From positions 1-30,801 of IMG/VR virus record IMGVR_UViG_3300026907_000015: DNA of 30,801 nt; one strand, given 5' to 3'. The notes beneath the pieces were generated by a model that did not search any database, was not told the DNA's origin, and was given only the letters and a program-made list of their open reading frames with translations. Origin of the DNA: a virus. Lineage: Duplodnaviria; Caudoviricetes. The translations under genes and the position numbers were made by a program. Positions 8,594-17,440 of the stretch are shown here, piece by piece (within the stretch, counting starts at the first letter, position 1; the number at the start of each line of letters is the position of its first letter).

Positions 8594-10500
8594 CCGGCGG
8601 CCATCTCCATCATGTTTTCCAGCTCCATCGGGCTCATGGGCTTGCTGGTGTGGATCTCCACCTTTTCGATGTGGTTGCCCTTGTTCTGGCTGGTGGTGTT
8701 CTGGATGCTGGTCAGCAGGCCGCCAGGCGGCACCGCCGTGGCGCGCTGCGGCGACAGGCTGGGGATGGCTGCGTTGATGGTCTGCTGCATCTTCTGCGCG
8801 GCCGTGGCCTTGTCGGCGGCGCTCATGGCCTCCACAGCGCTGGGCACGGCTGGCAGGTCGGCAAAGCTGGCGTCGATCTCCACGCCGGGGATCTTGTTCA
8901 GCAGCTCGATCAGACCTTTCAGCGCATTACCCAGCAGGGCGAACGGCGACAGGTTGGCGAAGGCCCACAGCAGGGTTTCCCAGACGCCCGTGGCGCCCTC
9001 GGTCGCGCCGGCGAACGAGCCGAGCCAGTCCACGAACTCCACGCCCATGGCCCACAGCTGCTGCACGCCCTGCCACAGCACGCCCATCACCGCCCACCAG
9101 ATCCGGAAGATCAGCACCACGGGGGTGATGATCGCCAGCAGCGCCTGGAACCATGCGGTTTCCCCGAAAGCGGCTTTCAGCTCGTCCCACCAGATGATCG
9201 CCGCGGTGACGGCCGCCACCAGGGCGACCACGCCCAGCACGATCAGCGCGATGGGGCTTGCCAGTACCGACAGCACGGTGAACAGCCCGCCCAGGATCGT
9301 CAGGCCGCCCGCTGCCGCCACCAGGCCCAGCACGCCGAGGGTTACGTAACCAATCCAGCGGGCGATGTTGGGGAACAACACCACCCAGCGCTGGAGCGTG
9401 GCGGCGCCTTGGGTCAGCCGCTCCATCAGCGGGTTCAGCACCGGCAGCAGGGTCTGGCCGAAGGCAATGCGGATCGCCTCCACGGCGCTGCCGAAGCGCT
9501 GCCAAGGATCGACCATGGCCTGGGCCATCTTTTCGGCCTGCTCCATGCCCTTGACCTTGCCCAGCTGCTCCATGTTGTTGGTCAGGCTGGCCGTGTCGGC
9601 CATCAGCAGCTTGATCAGGCCCACCGCCTCGTCGGATCCGAAGGCCTTTTTCAGTGCGTCGGATTCGGCCACGTCCAGGGTGTCGCCGAACTTGCCTTGC
9701 AGCTTCTCCAGGATCTCGAGCATTGGCAGCATGCGGCCCTGGCTGTCGGTGAACTGCAGCCCCAGTTTCTCCTGAGCACCGCCCACACCGGACAGGAAGG
9801 CCTTGTACTTGGTGCCCGCTTCGCCGCCACTCATGGTCGCCTGGAGCTGGCCCAGGATCGCCATCTGTTCCGACAGGCCGATGCCTGCCGACGTGGCGTT
9901 GGCGCCCACAGCGGTGAAGGCGTCGGACATCTGCTGGCCGGTGGTCTTGAACATCTGCACCGCCAGCGCGGTCTGGCCGCTCAGGTTCTCCACCCATTCG
10001 CCTTTGCCCATGGCATCGGCCTGAGTCTTGAAGATCCCGTACATGGTGCCCACGTAGCTGGTGATCGTCGCCGCGTCGGCCTTGGTGGCCTTGGCCAGCA
10101 CGTTGGACGCACTGGTGAAGGTGGCCAGCTGCTCGCCGGTCAGGCCGGCGATGGCGCTCTGGATGTCGTAGGCCGAGCGAACGAAGGCCTGGGCGCTCTC
10201 GCCGTATTGGGTGGAAAAGTCCAGGGACACCTGGTTGAGCCTGTCCAGCGCCTCCTGTGCCACGCCCAGGGACTTCACTTCGCCCAGAGCGGCCATCTGG
10301 TCGCGCGCGGGCTGCATGGACTGCTGGAAGCTGAAGATCATGCCCGTGACGGCAGCCACGCCGGCGCCCATCTGCACGAAGCCAGTCTTGCCGACCTCGG
10401 CCACGTCCATCAGCTGTTTGCTGACCTTCGCAGCCGGGGCCGTCACCTGGTCGATCAGGCGCAGCACGAAGTCGAGTTTGCTTGTGGCGTTGGCAGTCAT
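8590..10500 (-). CDS. Tail tape measure protein
   Basis: 636 aa, Ala/Gly-rich, SGGEAGT core motif, hydrophobic C-terminal segments, follows the chaperones. Confidence 0.93.
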   Translation of the reverse strand: MTANATSKLDFVLRLIDQVTAPAAKVSKQLMDVAEVGKTGFVQMGAGVAAVTGMIFSFQQSMQPARDQMAALGEVKSLGVAQEALDRLNQVSLDFSTQYGESAQAFVRSAYDIQSAIAGLTGEQLATFTSASNVLAKATKADAATITSYVGTMYGIFKTQADAMGKGEWVENLSGQTALAVQMFKTTGQQMSDAFTAVGANATSAGIGLSEQMAILGQLQATMSGGEAGTKYKAFLSGVGGAQEKLGLQFTDSQGRMLPMLEILEKLQGKFGDTLDVAESDALKKAFGSDEAVGLIKLLMADTASLTNNMEQLGKVKGMEQAEKMAQAMVDPWQRFGSAVEAIRIAFGQTLLPVLNPLMERLTQGAATLQRWVVLFPNIARWIGYVTLGVLGLVAAAGGLTILGGLFTVLSVLASPIALIVLGVVALVAAVTAAIIWWDELKAAFGETAWFQALLAIITPVVLIFRIWWAVMGVLWQGVQQLWAMGVEFVDWLGSFAGATEGATGVWETLLWAFANLSPFALLGNALKGLIELLNKIPGVEIDASFADLPAVPSAVEAMSAADKATAAQKMQQTINAAIPSLSPQRATAVPPGGLLTSIQNTTSQNKGNHIEKVEIHTSKPMSPMELENMMEMAAG

Positions 10501-10515
10501 GCGGGGCGCTCAGTG

Positions 10516-10710
10516 TCAGCCGTTCAGCGCCTTGGCGATGCCGTTTGCCACGGCTATCTCCATGCGGCGCCAGTGTTCATCCTCCAGCCACTTGGCGGTG
10601 CCCATGGCGTCAGCCGTGGGCGGTGTTCCAGGTAGCCAGCGTTCGACCAGGGCCATCATTTGGCCCAGGCCGTCCTCGGTCAGGCGGTCAGCTCGGGCGA
10701 GGGCTTTTTT
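10516..10710 (-). CDS. -1 frameshift extension of tail assembly chaperone (gpE+E'/GT equivalent)
   Basis: A_AAA_AAG at 10710-10704; the -1 frame reads ALARADRLTEDGLGQMMALVERWLP...AVANGIAKALNG to TGA at 10516. Confidence 0.8.
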   Translation of the reverse strand, partial: KKALARADRLTEDGLGQMMALVERWLPGTPPTADAMGTAKWLEDEHWRRMEIAVANGIAKALNG

Positions 10711-10967
10711 ACGGTGACTTCAACGTCCGGGGCGTATTCCTCCAGCAGCGCGCCGGCCACCTTCATGGCCAACACCGGGTTGGCCAGCATTGGGCGCAGG
10801 GTGGCCAGCTGTTCCGACTTGACGGTGGTGGTCAGCAGGTTGTGGCTGGGGGCCACCTTGTTGTTCTGGGTCACGGTGTTGAAATACTTGGTCACGTCAG
10901 CCGGGGTGACGGCAAAGGTGAAGTCGGTTTCCCCGATCTGCAGGGTGATCTCGCGGCGTTCGCTCAT
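10680..10967 (-). CDS. Tail assembly chaperone
   Basis: 95 aa from MSERREITL, ATGA overlap; upstream of tape measure; slippery site near 3' end. Confidence 0.85.
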   Translation of the reverse strand: MSERREITLQIGETDFTFAVTPADVTKYFNTVTQNNKVAPSHNLLTTTVKSEQLATLRPMLANPVLAMKVAGALLEEYAPDVEVTVKKPSPELTA

Positions 10968-11221
10968 GCTCGGTGCCTCTGTTGCAGGTTGTTGAAAAAG
11001 TCGTCCAGGCGCTTGTCGAAGCGGGCCTCCAGCTTCTCCAGGGCCGTGTCGATGTGTTCGGTTTTCACGTAGCGCTCGGCGACCTCTATCCGGAATTCCA
11101 GGTGCTCGCGCCGGGCGGCGCTGATCTGCTTGAACAGGTACACCTGGAAGCCGACCACGGCCGTCAGTACCAGCTCGGTCAGCATCAGCAGCACGCTGAT
11201 AGCCAAGGGGGACAGCTCCAT
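10964..11221 (-). CDS. Single-TM, coiled-coil membrane protein; holin candidate
   Basis: 85 aa from MELSPL, hydrophobic N-terminus then charged helix; TGATG overlap with upstream gene. Confidence 0.55.
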   Translation of the reverse strand: MELSPLAISVLLMLTELVLTAVVGFQVYLFKQISAARREHLEFRIEVAERYVKTEHIDTALEKLEARFDKRLDDFFNNLQQRHRA

Positions 11222-11583
11222 CAGCGCCCCCAATTGCCACGGCCGCCGATCCGCACGGCGCACCACATGAGCCACGCCAGGGGCTTGTGCATGCCTTCCT
11301 CCAGCAGGGCCTCGTAGAAGATCAGGTCGGCCTCGGCCTTGGTGTAGAGGTGGGTCAGGTCGGTGTAGATGTAGTCATGCACTACGGCAGGCCGGCGCGC
11401 GTCCTCGTGATCACGCGGCACGATGCGCCAGGCCAGGCGCGGCACGCTGGCCAGGTCGGAGCGGTAGCCCACCGGCACGGTGATTCGGCGGCGCGCCCTG
11501 GTGACGTAGAACAGCGGGCGGATCACCTCCCACTTTTCCTGTCCGGCGTGGTGGCGCAGCTCCAGGTCGGATTCAAAAGGCAT
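11221..11583 (-). CDS. DUF1353 domain protein
   Basis: VPVGYRSDLASVPR...PAVVHDYIY...EADLIF...AVRIGG signature. Confidence 0.85.
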   Translation of the reverse strand: MPFESDLELRHHAGQEKWEVIRPLFYVTRARRRITVPVGYRSDLASVPRLAWRIVPRDHEDARRPAVVHDYIYTDLTHLYTKAEADLIFYEALLEEGMHKPLAWLMWCAVRIGGRGNWGR

Positions 11584-11800
11584 CGTCGGCACACTCCACG
11601 CGGATCTTGTTCGGCGCGGTGCTGGTGGCGATGGCTTCACGCAAGGCGAGGCGCCCAAGCTCGGGCGTGGCGCAGTAGCGCTGCACCAGGCTGGACGCAG
11701 TGCTGCCGATCAGGCTATCGGTGCTGCAGGCGCTCAGGGTGTAGATGCAGGCGGCGCCCAGGACGAGCAACAGCAGGTTGTCGAGGGTGGAACGGCGCAT
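11573..11800 (-). CDS. Small lipoprotein in lysis region
   Basis: MRR + hydrophobic stretch + LSA-C lipobox; two more Cys in the mature part; GGAG RBS. Confidence 0.75.
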   Translation of the reverse strand: MRRSTLDNLLLLVLGAACIYTLSACSTDSLIGSTASSLVQRYCATPELGRLALREAIATSTAPNKIRVECADDAF

Positions 11801-11802
11801 GT

Positions 11803-12192
11803 TCAGTAGCTCCAGATAGCAGGGGACGGGAAGCGACCACCGGCGGACGTGCCCAGGTGCAGGAAGCGCGCGGTGCCCTTCTGGCTCACGCCGATGCGGG
11901 TAAACCCCAGCTCCAGGGCGAGCTGCAGCAGGCGCAGGGCCTCCGGGCCACGGATGGCCACGTCCACCGCCTTGCCGGTGCAGTGCTCGCCCGGTGCGGT
12001 TTTCTTGGCCTCTACGGGGTGCCGTGGGCAGCGGTAGGCGCTGGACAGCACCATGGGCTTGCCGAAGGCCGTGCGCAGGCGCTGCAGCTTGTCCATGAAG
12101 TCGCTGTCCATCTCGGCGCCGGTGCTGCCGCAGCGACCGCACTTGCAGCGCAGCTCGGTCAGGCTGAAGTTCGGCCAGGGGCTGGTGGTCAT
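11803..12192 (-). CDS. Endolysin, peptidase M15 family
   Basis: NFSLTELRCKCG, SSAYRC..H, H..GKAVD and FLHL Zn-ligand motifs; start MTTSPW coupled to the TraR stop. Confidence 0.88.
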   Translation of the reverse strand: MTTSPWPNFSLTELRCKCGRCGSTGAEMDSDFMDKLQRLRTAFGKPMVLSSAYRCPRHPVEAKKTAPGEHCTGKAVDVAIRGPEALRLLQLALELGFTRIGVSQKGTARFLHLGTSAGGRFPSPAIWSY

Positions 12193-12401
12193 CGGCGGTT
12201 TCCTTTCTCGAAAGTGGTCTGGCAGGCCAGGCAGCGGGTGACACCACCGAAGGCGCGGCGCGCTGGCGGGATCTCGTCGCCGCAGTCGGCGCAATCGGTC
12301 AGGCTGGGGCCGGCATGGCGAGCGCTGGACAGCTGAGCGGCCAGGGCGCGCTCCAGCTCCAGTTCCTCGCGCGCCACGGCGCGGTCTACCCAATCCGGCA
12401 T
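12189..12401 (-). CDS. TraR/DksA C4 zinc-finger protein
   Basis: DWVDRA (DxxDxA) and CADCGDEIPPARR...RCLACQ. Confidence 0.92.
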   Translation of the reverse strand: MPDWVDRAVAREELELERALAAQLSSARHAGPSLTDCADCGDEIPPARRAFGGVTRCLACQTTFEKGNRR

Positions 12402-12850
12402 CAGCGCAGGCCCTCGGTCTCGCTGGCGTCGAGGTACGGCACGCCGTTGATGCGGATGAAGTCCGGGCTGGTGACGTCATACGGCACCTTGTGGGTGGTC
12501 TTGCTGCCGCCCTTCGGGTCGATATCCAGCAGGCTCGACACCTTGACCTTGCAGCCGAAGGCCTCCACGCGCAGCTCGTCGTCGCCGGCCTTGGCAAAAA
12601 ACACCGTGTCGAACGGTTCCAGCTTGCGGAAGCTGCCGGCGTTCTTCGCTGCCTGGATCAACAGGGCGAAGTTCGCGCTGTCCAGCTCGAACTCGCCGCT
12701 GGCGGCCACGTCACCATCCACATGGCCATCGGGAACGCCCTTGCTCTGCACGGCGGCGCTGTTGTCGGTGATGTCCAGGGTCGCCTTCTCGACGTGGATC
12801 TGCAGGTCGCCCAGGTTCACGTCGAAATTCATGCCACTGATTCGGGCCAT
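12401..12850 (-). CDS. Tail tube protein (DUF2597-like)
   Basis: RISGMNFD...VTSPDFIRINGVPYL; follows the sheath gene. Confidence 0.85.
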   Translation of the reverse strand: MARISGMNFDVNLGDLQIHVEKATLDITDNSAAVQSKGVPDGHVDGDVAASGEFELDSANFALLIQAAKNAGSFRKLEPFDTVFFAKAGDDELRVEAFGCKVKVSSLLDIDPKGGSKTTHKVPYDVTSPDFIRINGVPYLDASETEGLR

Positions 12851-12853
12851 GGG

Positions 12854-13972
12854 TTACTCCTCGTCGCCGTTGGAAAGATCCAGGGCGATGTTCGCGGTCA
12901 GGTCTTTGGGGCAGTTGTAGGGGCGCAACTTCAGGTAGGCCTCCACTCGGGTCTTGCTCATCCACACCAGCACGATGTCGTCATCCTTCGGCGGCTCGAT
13001 GTCGCCGGGGAACTGCTGACCGGCGAACTGCACGGACTTGGCCATCTGGCGCAGCGGGCGCATCAGCGCGGACTTGTTGGCGGCCATGCTGTTGGGGGTG
13101 TTGTTCAGGCGACGGTCACCCACGCGCTGGATCAGCAGGATCCGCACGCGGCGGGCGGCCTTGTCGGCCACACGCAGGTACTCCACCACCTGAAAGTCGG
13201 ATCCGGGGGCGTCCAGCATGTTGGCGTCGCCCCAGTACACGCCGGGGTAGTCCGGATAGGTCTGCGGCACCGAGAAGCGGGCCTTGTCCAGCTCGGACAG
13301 GATCGCCGACGGCAGCGGCACGCCAGCCGAGTCCACCGGGGCTTCGCCCAGGCCCAGCAAGGCGCCGGTGGCCACGCGCATGGGGCTGTCGGCCACGCTC
13401 ACGGCATCGATAGCCAGGCGGCCGGCGAGCACGCCCAGGTCGTTGCCGTGCAGCTGCGGAACCACCAGCACGCGCGGCGCCAGGATGTTCTGGGTGATGG
13501 TCTGCTGCTCGGCCAGGTAGGCGTTCCAGTCCTGGCTGGCGGCGTCGATGCCCTTGGTCGCGGACATAACGAACAGGCGGCGGCCGTACTGGTTGTTAAT
13601 GGCCTCGGCCTTGGCGTGCCGGGTGTTCAGCTCCGCGCCGGTGAGCACCGGCGAACAGATCACCACGGCCTCCACGCTGACACCGTGCTGCATGGCCGCG
13701 TCCAGGGCTTCTTCCCAGTCGGCGGCAGCAGCGATAGGCAGGGCCAGCGCGGCCCAGCGGTCGCCACCGTTGAGACGTGCCGCAGTCACCTGGGTTTTCA
13801 GGTCGCTGGCGGCGGCGCCCAGCTCGGTGTCCAGATCGCTCTGGGTGTTCAAAGGGATCAGCTCGCCGACGTTGCTTGCGGCCAAGCCGATAAACAGGAA
13901 ATAGCGCTCGATCTCCGTCACCGGGCCTTGGCCCAGGTTCAGGTTTCTTACGCTTACTTTGCCTTGCGCCAT
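12854..13972 (-). CDS. Tail sheath protein (DUF2586-like)
   Basis: NLNLGQG...IERYFLFIG, ADSPMRVATG and YPDYPGVYW motifs of HP1-type sheath. Confidence 0.88.
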   Translation of the reverse strand: MAQGKVSVRNLNLGQGPVTEIERYFLFIGLAASNVGELIPLNTQSDLDTELGAAASDLKTQVTAARLNGGDRWAALALPIAAAADWEEALDAAMQHGVSVEAVVICSPVLTGAELNTRHAKAEAINNQYGRRLFVMSATKGIDAASQDWNAYLAEQQTITQNILAPRVLVVPQLHGNDLGVLAGRLAIDAVSVADSPMRVATGALLGLGEAPVDSAGVPLPSAILSELDKARFSVPQTYPDYPGVYWGDANMLDAPGSDFQVVEYLRVADKAARRVRILLIQRVGDRRLNNTPNSMAANKSALMRPLRQMAKSVQFAGQQFPGDIEPPKDDDIVLVWMSKTRVEAYLKLRPYNCPKDLTANIALDLSNGDEE

Positions 13973-13984
13973 TGCTGGGCCTCG

Positions 13985-14677
13985 CTATCGGGGTGCGTTG
14001 AGGATCTGTTGCAGCACAAGCTGGATCAGCTGTGCGATGTCGTTCTGGTCTGCGCCCAGGAAGTCGCGCTGGGGCATCTTGATTTGCCAGCTGCTCGGGC
14101 CTGCCTGCTCGCCTTTCAGCTCGCGGATCAGCAGCCCCGCCTGGCCGTACTTCACGTTTGCCTGGATCCAGGCCACGGAAGGGCGAACCCAGCGGGAGCG
14201 GCCGCGCTTGTTCTGGCGCGGCTGGCGAACCTTGAAGCCCAGGCGGCGCAGGCGCTTGGCCTGTTCTTCGGTGCAATCCGCGTCGTAGTTGATGGGGTTG
14301 GCCTTGCGGGCCATGGCGGCGGTGTAGCGACGGGCGCGGCCGTGCTGGTGTTCGGCGGCGATGAATCCCATCAGGCCGTTTTTCCAGCCCAGGCGGGCCT
14401 CGTCCTCGGTGGCCTTCACCACGTCCAGGTACTTGTTCTTGATCAGCCCGCTGAGCATCCGCCGGCGGCGTTTCGACGGCGTGCGGCGTGGCTCGAACGG
14501 GGCGCCGGAAAGGGTCTGCTGGGCACGCACACGGCGGGCGCTCATGGTGCGCACGCGCTTGGATACCCTGACCAGCAGCCGGCGGCGCAGCTTGGGCGGC
14601 AGCTGCATCAGGGCCAGCTGGGCCTGCATGCCGAGCGCGCCGCGCACGTCCAGGTCGAAGGTGTTTCTAGCTGCCAT
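13985..14677 (-). CDS. Virion morphogenesis / tail completion protein (gpS-like)
   Basis: Basic protein, QQTLSGAPFEPR, H.HG, MPQRDFLG. Confidence 0.85.
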   Translation of the reverse strand: MAARNTFDLDVRGALGMQAQLALMQLPPKLRRRLLVRVSKRVRTMSARRVRAQQTLSGAPFEPRRTPSKRRRRMLSGLIKNKYLDVVKATEDEARLGWKNGLMGFIAAEHQHGRARRYTAAMARKANPINYDADCTEEQAKRLRRLGFKVRQPRQNKRGRSRWVRPSVAWIQANVKYGQAGLLIRELKGEQAGPSSWQIKMPQRDFLGADQNDIAQLIQLVLQQILNAPR

Positions 14678-15113
14678 GGGTCACCTCGCCTTCCTCGGCG
14701 ACCCACAGGTCGAACGGCACGAAGGCCCAGCGCTTGCCGAAGGCCTGGATCTCGCCGTCGCCTTCCTCGGCCAGATGCTGCGGCTCGATGAACTCCAGGC
14801 TGATTTCCACGTCCGCGGTGTCGTCGTCCAGCTGATCGATGTCGAAGCGCGCGGCGCCAAGGTCGTAGTCGGTGCGCTCGCTGTCGTGGTTCTCCAGCCA
14901 GCTGCCGATCAAGGCCATCAGGCGGCCCGGGTGGTCGGCGAAGCGCTCCAGGACGATCACCGCCTGGTAGCGCATGTCGCCCATGTGCAGGCCGCGCTCG
15001 GTGTGCTTCCAGATCAGCGACAGCTCCACCTTTTCGGCCCAGCTGTCCAACTGCTCGGGCAACACCAGGCGGCTTTCCTGCAGGAAAGTGGTCAGGGCGC
15101 GTAGCTTGATCAC
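14667..15113 (-). CDS. Tail completion protein (gpR-like)
   Basis: MIKLRALTTFL start; position between gpL and gpS homologues. Confidence 0.78.
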   Translation of the reverse strand: MIKLRALTTFLQESRLVLPEQLDSWAEKVELSLIWKHTERGLHMGDMRYQAVIVLERFADHPGRLMALIGSWLENHDSERTDYDLGAARFDIDQLDDDTADVEISLEFIEPQHLAEEGDGEIQAFGKRWAFVPFDLWVAEEGEVTHGS

Positions 15114-15571
15114 AGCAGCACCGCCGTAATGCGCCCACGTCCCTGGATCTGGCGGACAGCCTGCTGGCTGTAGCTCAGGAAGGTTTCGTGGGTCTCTGGG
15201 CTTTCCTTGGCCAGGTTGGCGGCCTCGGGGCGGCGGTTGACGGTGGCGAACTGCTGCAGCAGGTAGGCCTTGGCGCGGCAGTACACGGCGCGCTTGTAGA
15301 TGGCGGCATAGAAACCACGCTCAGGCAGCAGCAGCGGGTCGGCGGTCTCCACGCTGGTGATGCCCACGGCCTGCCAGGCGGCTTTCCGCTTGGCCAGGTC
15401 GCGGTTCACCTCGCCCATGGCGATGGTGATGCCATCGGCCAGCAGATCCACCAGGAACTCCGCCGGCAGGCGATAGCCCGTCTGGAACTCGGTCACACCC
15501 AGGTTCGGCCAGAAGCCGTCGTTGGGGATCGCGCGTTCCACGAAGGTGGTAGGTGTGCCGGAAAAGCTCAT
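15110..15571 (-). CDS. Head completion/stabilisation protein (gpL-like)
   Basis: IPNDGFWP...YKRAVYCRAKA motifs. Confidence 0.88.
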   Translation of the reverse strand: MSFSGTPTTFVERAIPNDGFWPNLGVTEFQTGYRLPAEFLVDLLADGITIAMGEVNRDLAKRKAAWQAVGITSVETADPLLLPERGFYAAIYKRAVYCRAKAYLLQQFATVNRRPEAANLAKESPETHETFLSYSQQAVRQIQGRGRITAVLL

Positions 15572-15667
15572 GCTGGCCGATCTCGGAATAAAGGCGGGGG
15601 TGACTGCTGTCGGGGCGTTGGCACAGGGCCACGTCCTAGGCAGGCCCCCGCTGCGGGGGGTAGACGG

Positions 15668-16417
15668 TTAGGTGGTGGAGCCCTGTTCGGCTTCCTGCTT
15701 GCGCAGAGCCTTGGCGGCGTCATCCGAACGGGTTTTCACGCCGATTTCCGGATAGAGCGCGGTGGCTCGCTCGAAGTGGTCGATGGCATCGGCCCACTGC
15801 TTTTGCTCCATGGCCAGGATGCCCAGCAGCTTGTGGAAGCGCGCCGGGATTCGCTCGAACAGCTGCCACGGCTGCGGCAGGACGGTTTCGGGCTCGGCGT
15901 TGATCTGCGTCCAGTAGCCGTCCACGTAGGGCAGCAGCTGCGACAGATACGGTTCCGGGCTGCGCTTGGCCTTGTGCTCGGCCTCGGCCCAGTCGATCAC
16001 CGCGTCCGCCACGAAGGTGGGCACGTCACGGCGGAATCGCTCGGGCAGTTGCTGGCCCTGCTCGATGGCGAACAGCGCCAGATCCAGACCGGCCTCGAAC
16101 TGGGCGGTGTCGAACAGCCAGACCAGCACCTGCATCATCACCGGGTTCGGGTGATTCAGGCCGGACTCGCGGTAGCGCTGCACATAGTCCAGGTACTTGG
16201 GCAGCAGCTCGTCGCGCTTGATCTGCTGGCGAACCTCCAGGCTGTTCTGCTCGGAAAGGCGGGCCAGATCCTCGGCCAGCGCGGTGGTCATCAGGGTCAG
16301 CTGTTTCTGGGCGTTGGCCGGGCCAGCCAGGGCGGTGGCGGGGGTGAACACCTCCGCACCGCCGGCAGCCTTGCCGAGCCCCAGGATGCGCTTCTTATGC
16401 TCCAGGGCGATGCTCAT
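15668..16417 (-). CDS. Terminase small (gpM-like) subunit
   Basis: KRDELLPKY, LVWLFD, AIEQGQQLPERF and IGVKT motifs. Confidence 0.9.
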   Translation of the reverse strand: MSIALEHKKRILGLGKAAGGAEVFTPATALAGPANAQKQLTLMTTALAEDLARLSEQNSLEVRQQIKRDELLPKYLDYVQRYRESGLNHPNPVMMQVLVWLFDTAQFEAGLDLALFAIEQGQQLPERFRRDVPTFVADAVIDWAEAEHKAKRSPEPYLSQLLPYVDGYWTQINAEPETVLPQPWQLFERIPARFHKLLGILAMEQKQWADAIDHFERATALYPEIGVKTRSDDAAKALRKQEAEQGSTT

Positions 16418-16419
16418 GG

Positions 16420-17439
16420 TCAGACGAACTCCACGTTGGCGCTCTCAGCCATGGCGAACTTGCCCAGCTGCTCGATCACATAGCCCTCGTTGCGGCTGTT
16501 GTAATCCTCCATCTGCGAACGCTTCGGGTTTTCCTGCAGGTAGCGCCGCCAGCTGTCGTCCTGGAAGTAGATCGACAGGTTGTCGAAGCTGGTGACCACC
16601 ACGCCCTTGCCGGGGAAGAACGGCGCAGTGAAAGAGGGCAGGCCGCCGTAGGTGTCGATCACCTGGGCCATTTCGATGCGCTCTTTCTCGGACGGGGTGC
16701 TGCCGTGCTCGGCGTACATCTTGCCCTTGTCCTTGGCGATCAGTTCGCGGCCGATGATGGCCACCAGGTCGCCACCGTCGCGGTGTTCCTCGTCGATCAT
16801 CTGCGTCAGGTCGTAGACGAAGGCGTCCAGGTTGGCGAAGTCGCCAGTGGCGCCGATCTGGATCTTGCCGGCAGCCTTGGTGCCCTGGGTGAGTACCTGC
16901 TGCGGGGCCTGCTCGCGGGCGATCTGCAGCCAGCCCTTGTTCACGTCCTGGAGCAACGGGTTAGCCACCGGGTCGGTGTTCGCGGCCACACTGGTGCCGT
17001 TCCAGCCGATCATGATGCGATCCAGGCCGATCTGCTTCTGCACGGCGGCGCTGTAGCGGTTGGCAAAGTCCTTGAACTTTGCCCAGGCGTCGATGCTGGC
17101 GAACGGCAGGGCCACGTCGGTGTGGGTGTCGAACAGCTCGTAGCCCAGGGCGTCCAGATCCAGCAGGTTGCGCGGCACGCGGTCGGCGTTCTGGGTGTTG
17201 GTGCGGCCGGTGGCCGGGCCGTTCAGGCCCATCATCACCTTCTGGCCCTTGATCTCGCTGACCGGGATCACGTTGATGCGGCGCAGGAAGTTCGAGCTGT
17301 GGGTGATCTTTTCATTCAGCGTCTGGGCCATGGCCGGGGTGACGTTGAATTCTTCGCGGGCGCTGCCTACGCCGTAGGCGCGCGCTACGGCGGCCTGCAG
17401 GGCGTGGTACTGCTGGCGGGAAAACTGGCTCAGTTTCAT
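16420..17439 (-). CDS. Major capsid protein, P2 family (gpN-like)
   Basis: LDRIMIGWNGTS...NPLLQDVNKGWLQ and DNLSIYFQ motifs. Confidence 0.97.
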   Translation of the reverse strand: MKLSQFSRQQYHALQAAVARAYGVGSAREEFNVTPAMAQTLNEKITHSSNFLRRINVIPVSEIKGQKVMMGLNGPATGRTNTQNADRVPRNLLDLDALGYELFDTHTDVALPFASIDAWAKFKDFANRYSAAVQKQIGLDRIMIGWNGTSVAANTDPVANPLLQDVNKGWLQIAREQAPQQVLTQGTKAAGKIQIGATGDFANLDAFVYDLTQMIDEEHRDGGDLVAIIGRELIAKDKGKMYAEHGSTPSEKERIEMAQVIDTYGGLPSFTAPFFPGKGVVVTSFDNLSIYFQDDSWRRYLQENPKRSQMEDYNSRNEGYVIEQLGKFAMAESANVEFV

Positions 17440-17440
17440 A

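Noticed and set aside
12491..14791. Long plus-strand ORFs (also 8650..10635, 15188..16483, 25781..27172) and minus-strand 18530..20227
   Set aside because: Antisense shadows of well-supported genes, expected in high-GC DNA
15644..15661. CCCCCG-CTG-CGGGGG hairpin between gpM and gpL homologues as a terminator
   Set aside because: No U-tract and it lies mid-operon; function cannot be assigned
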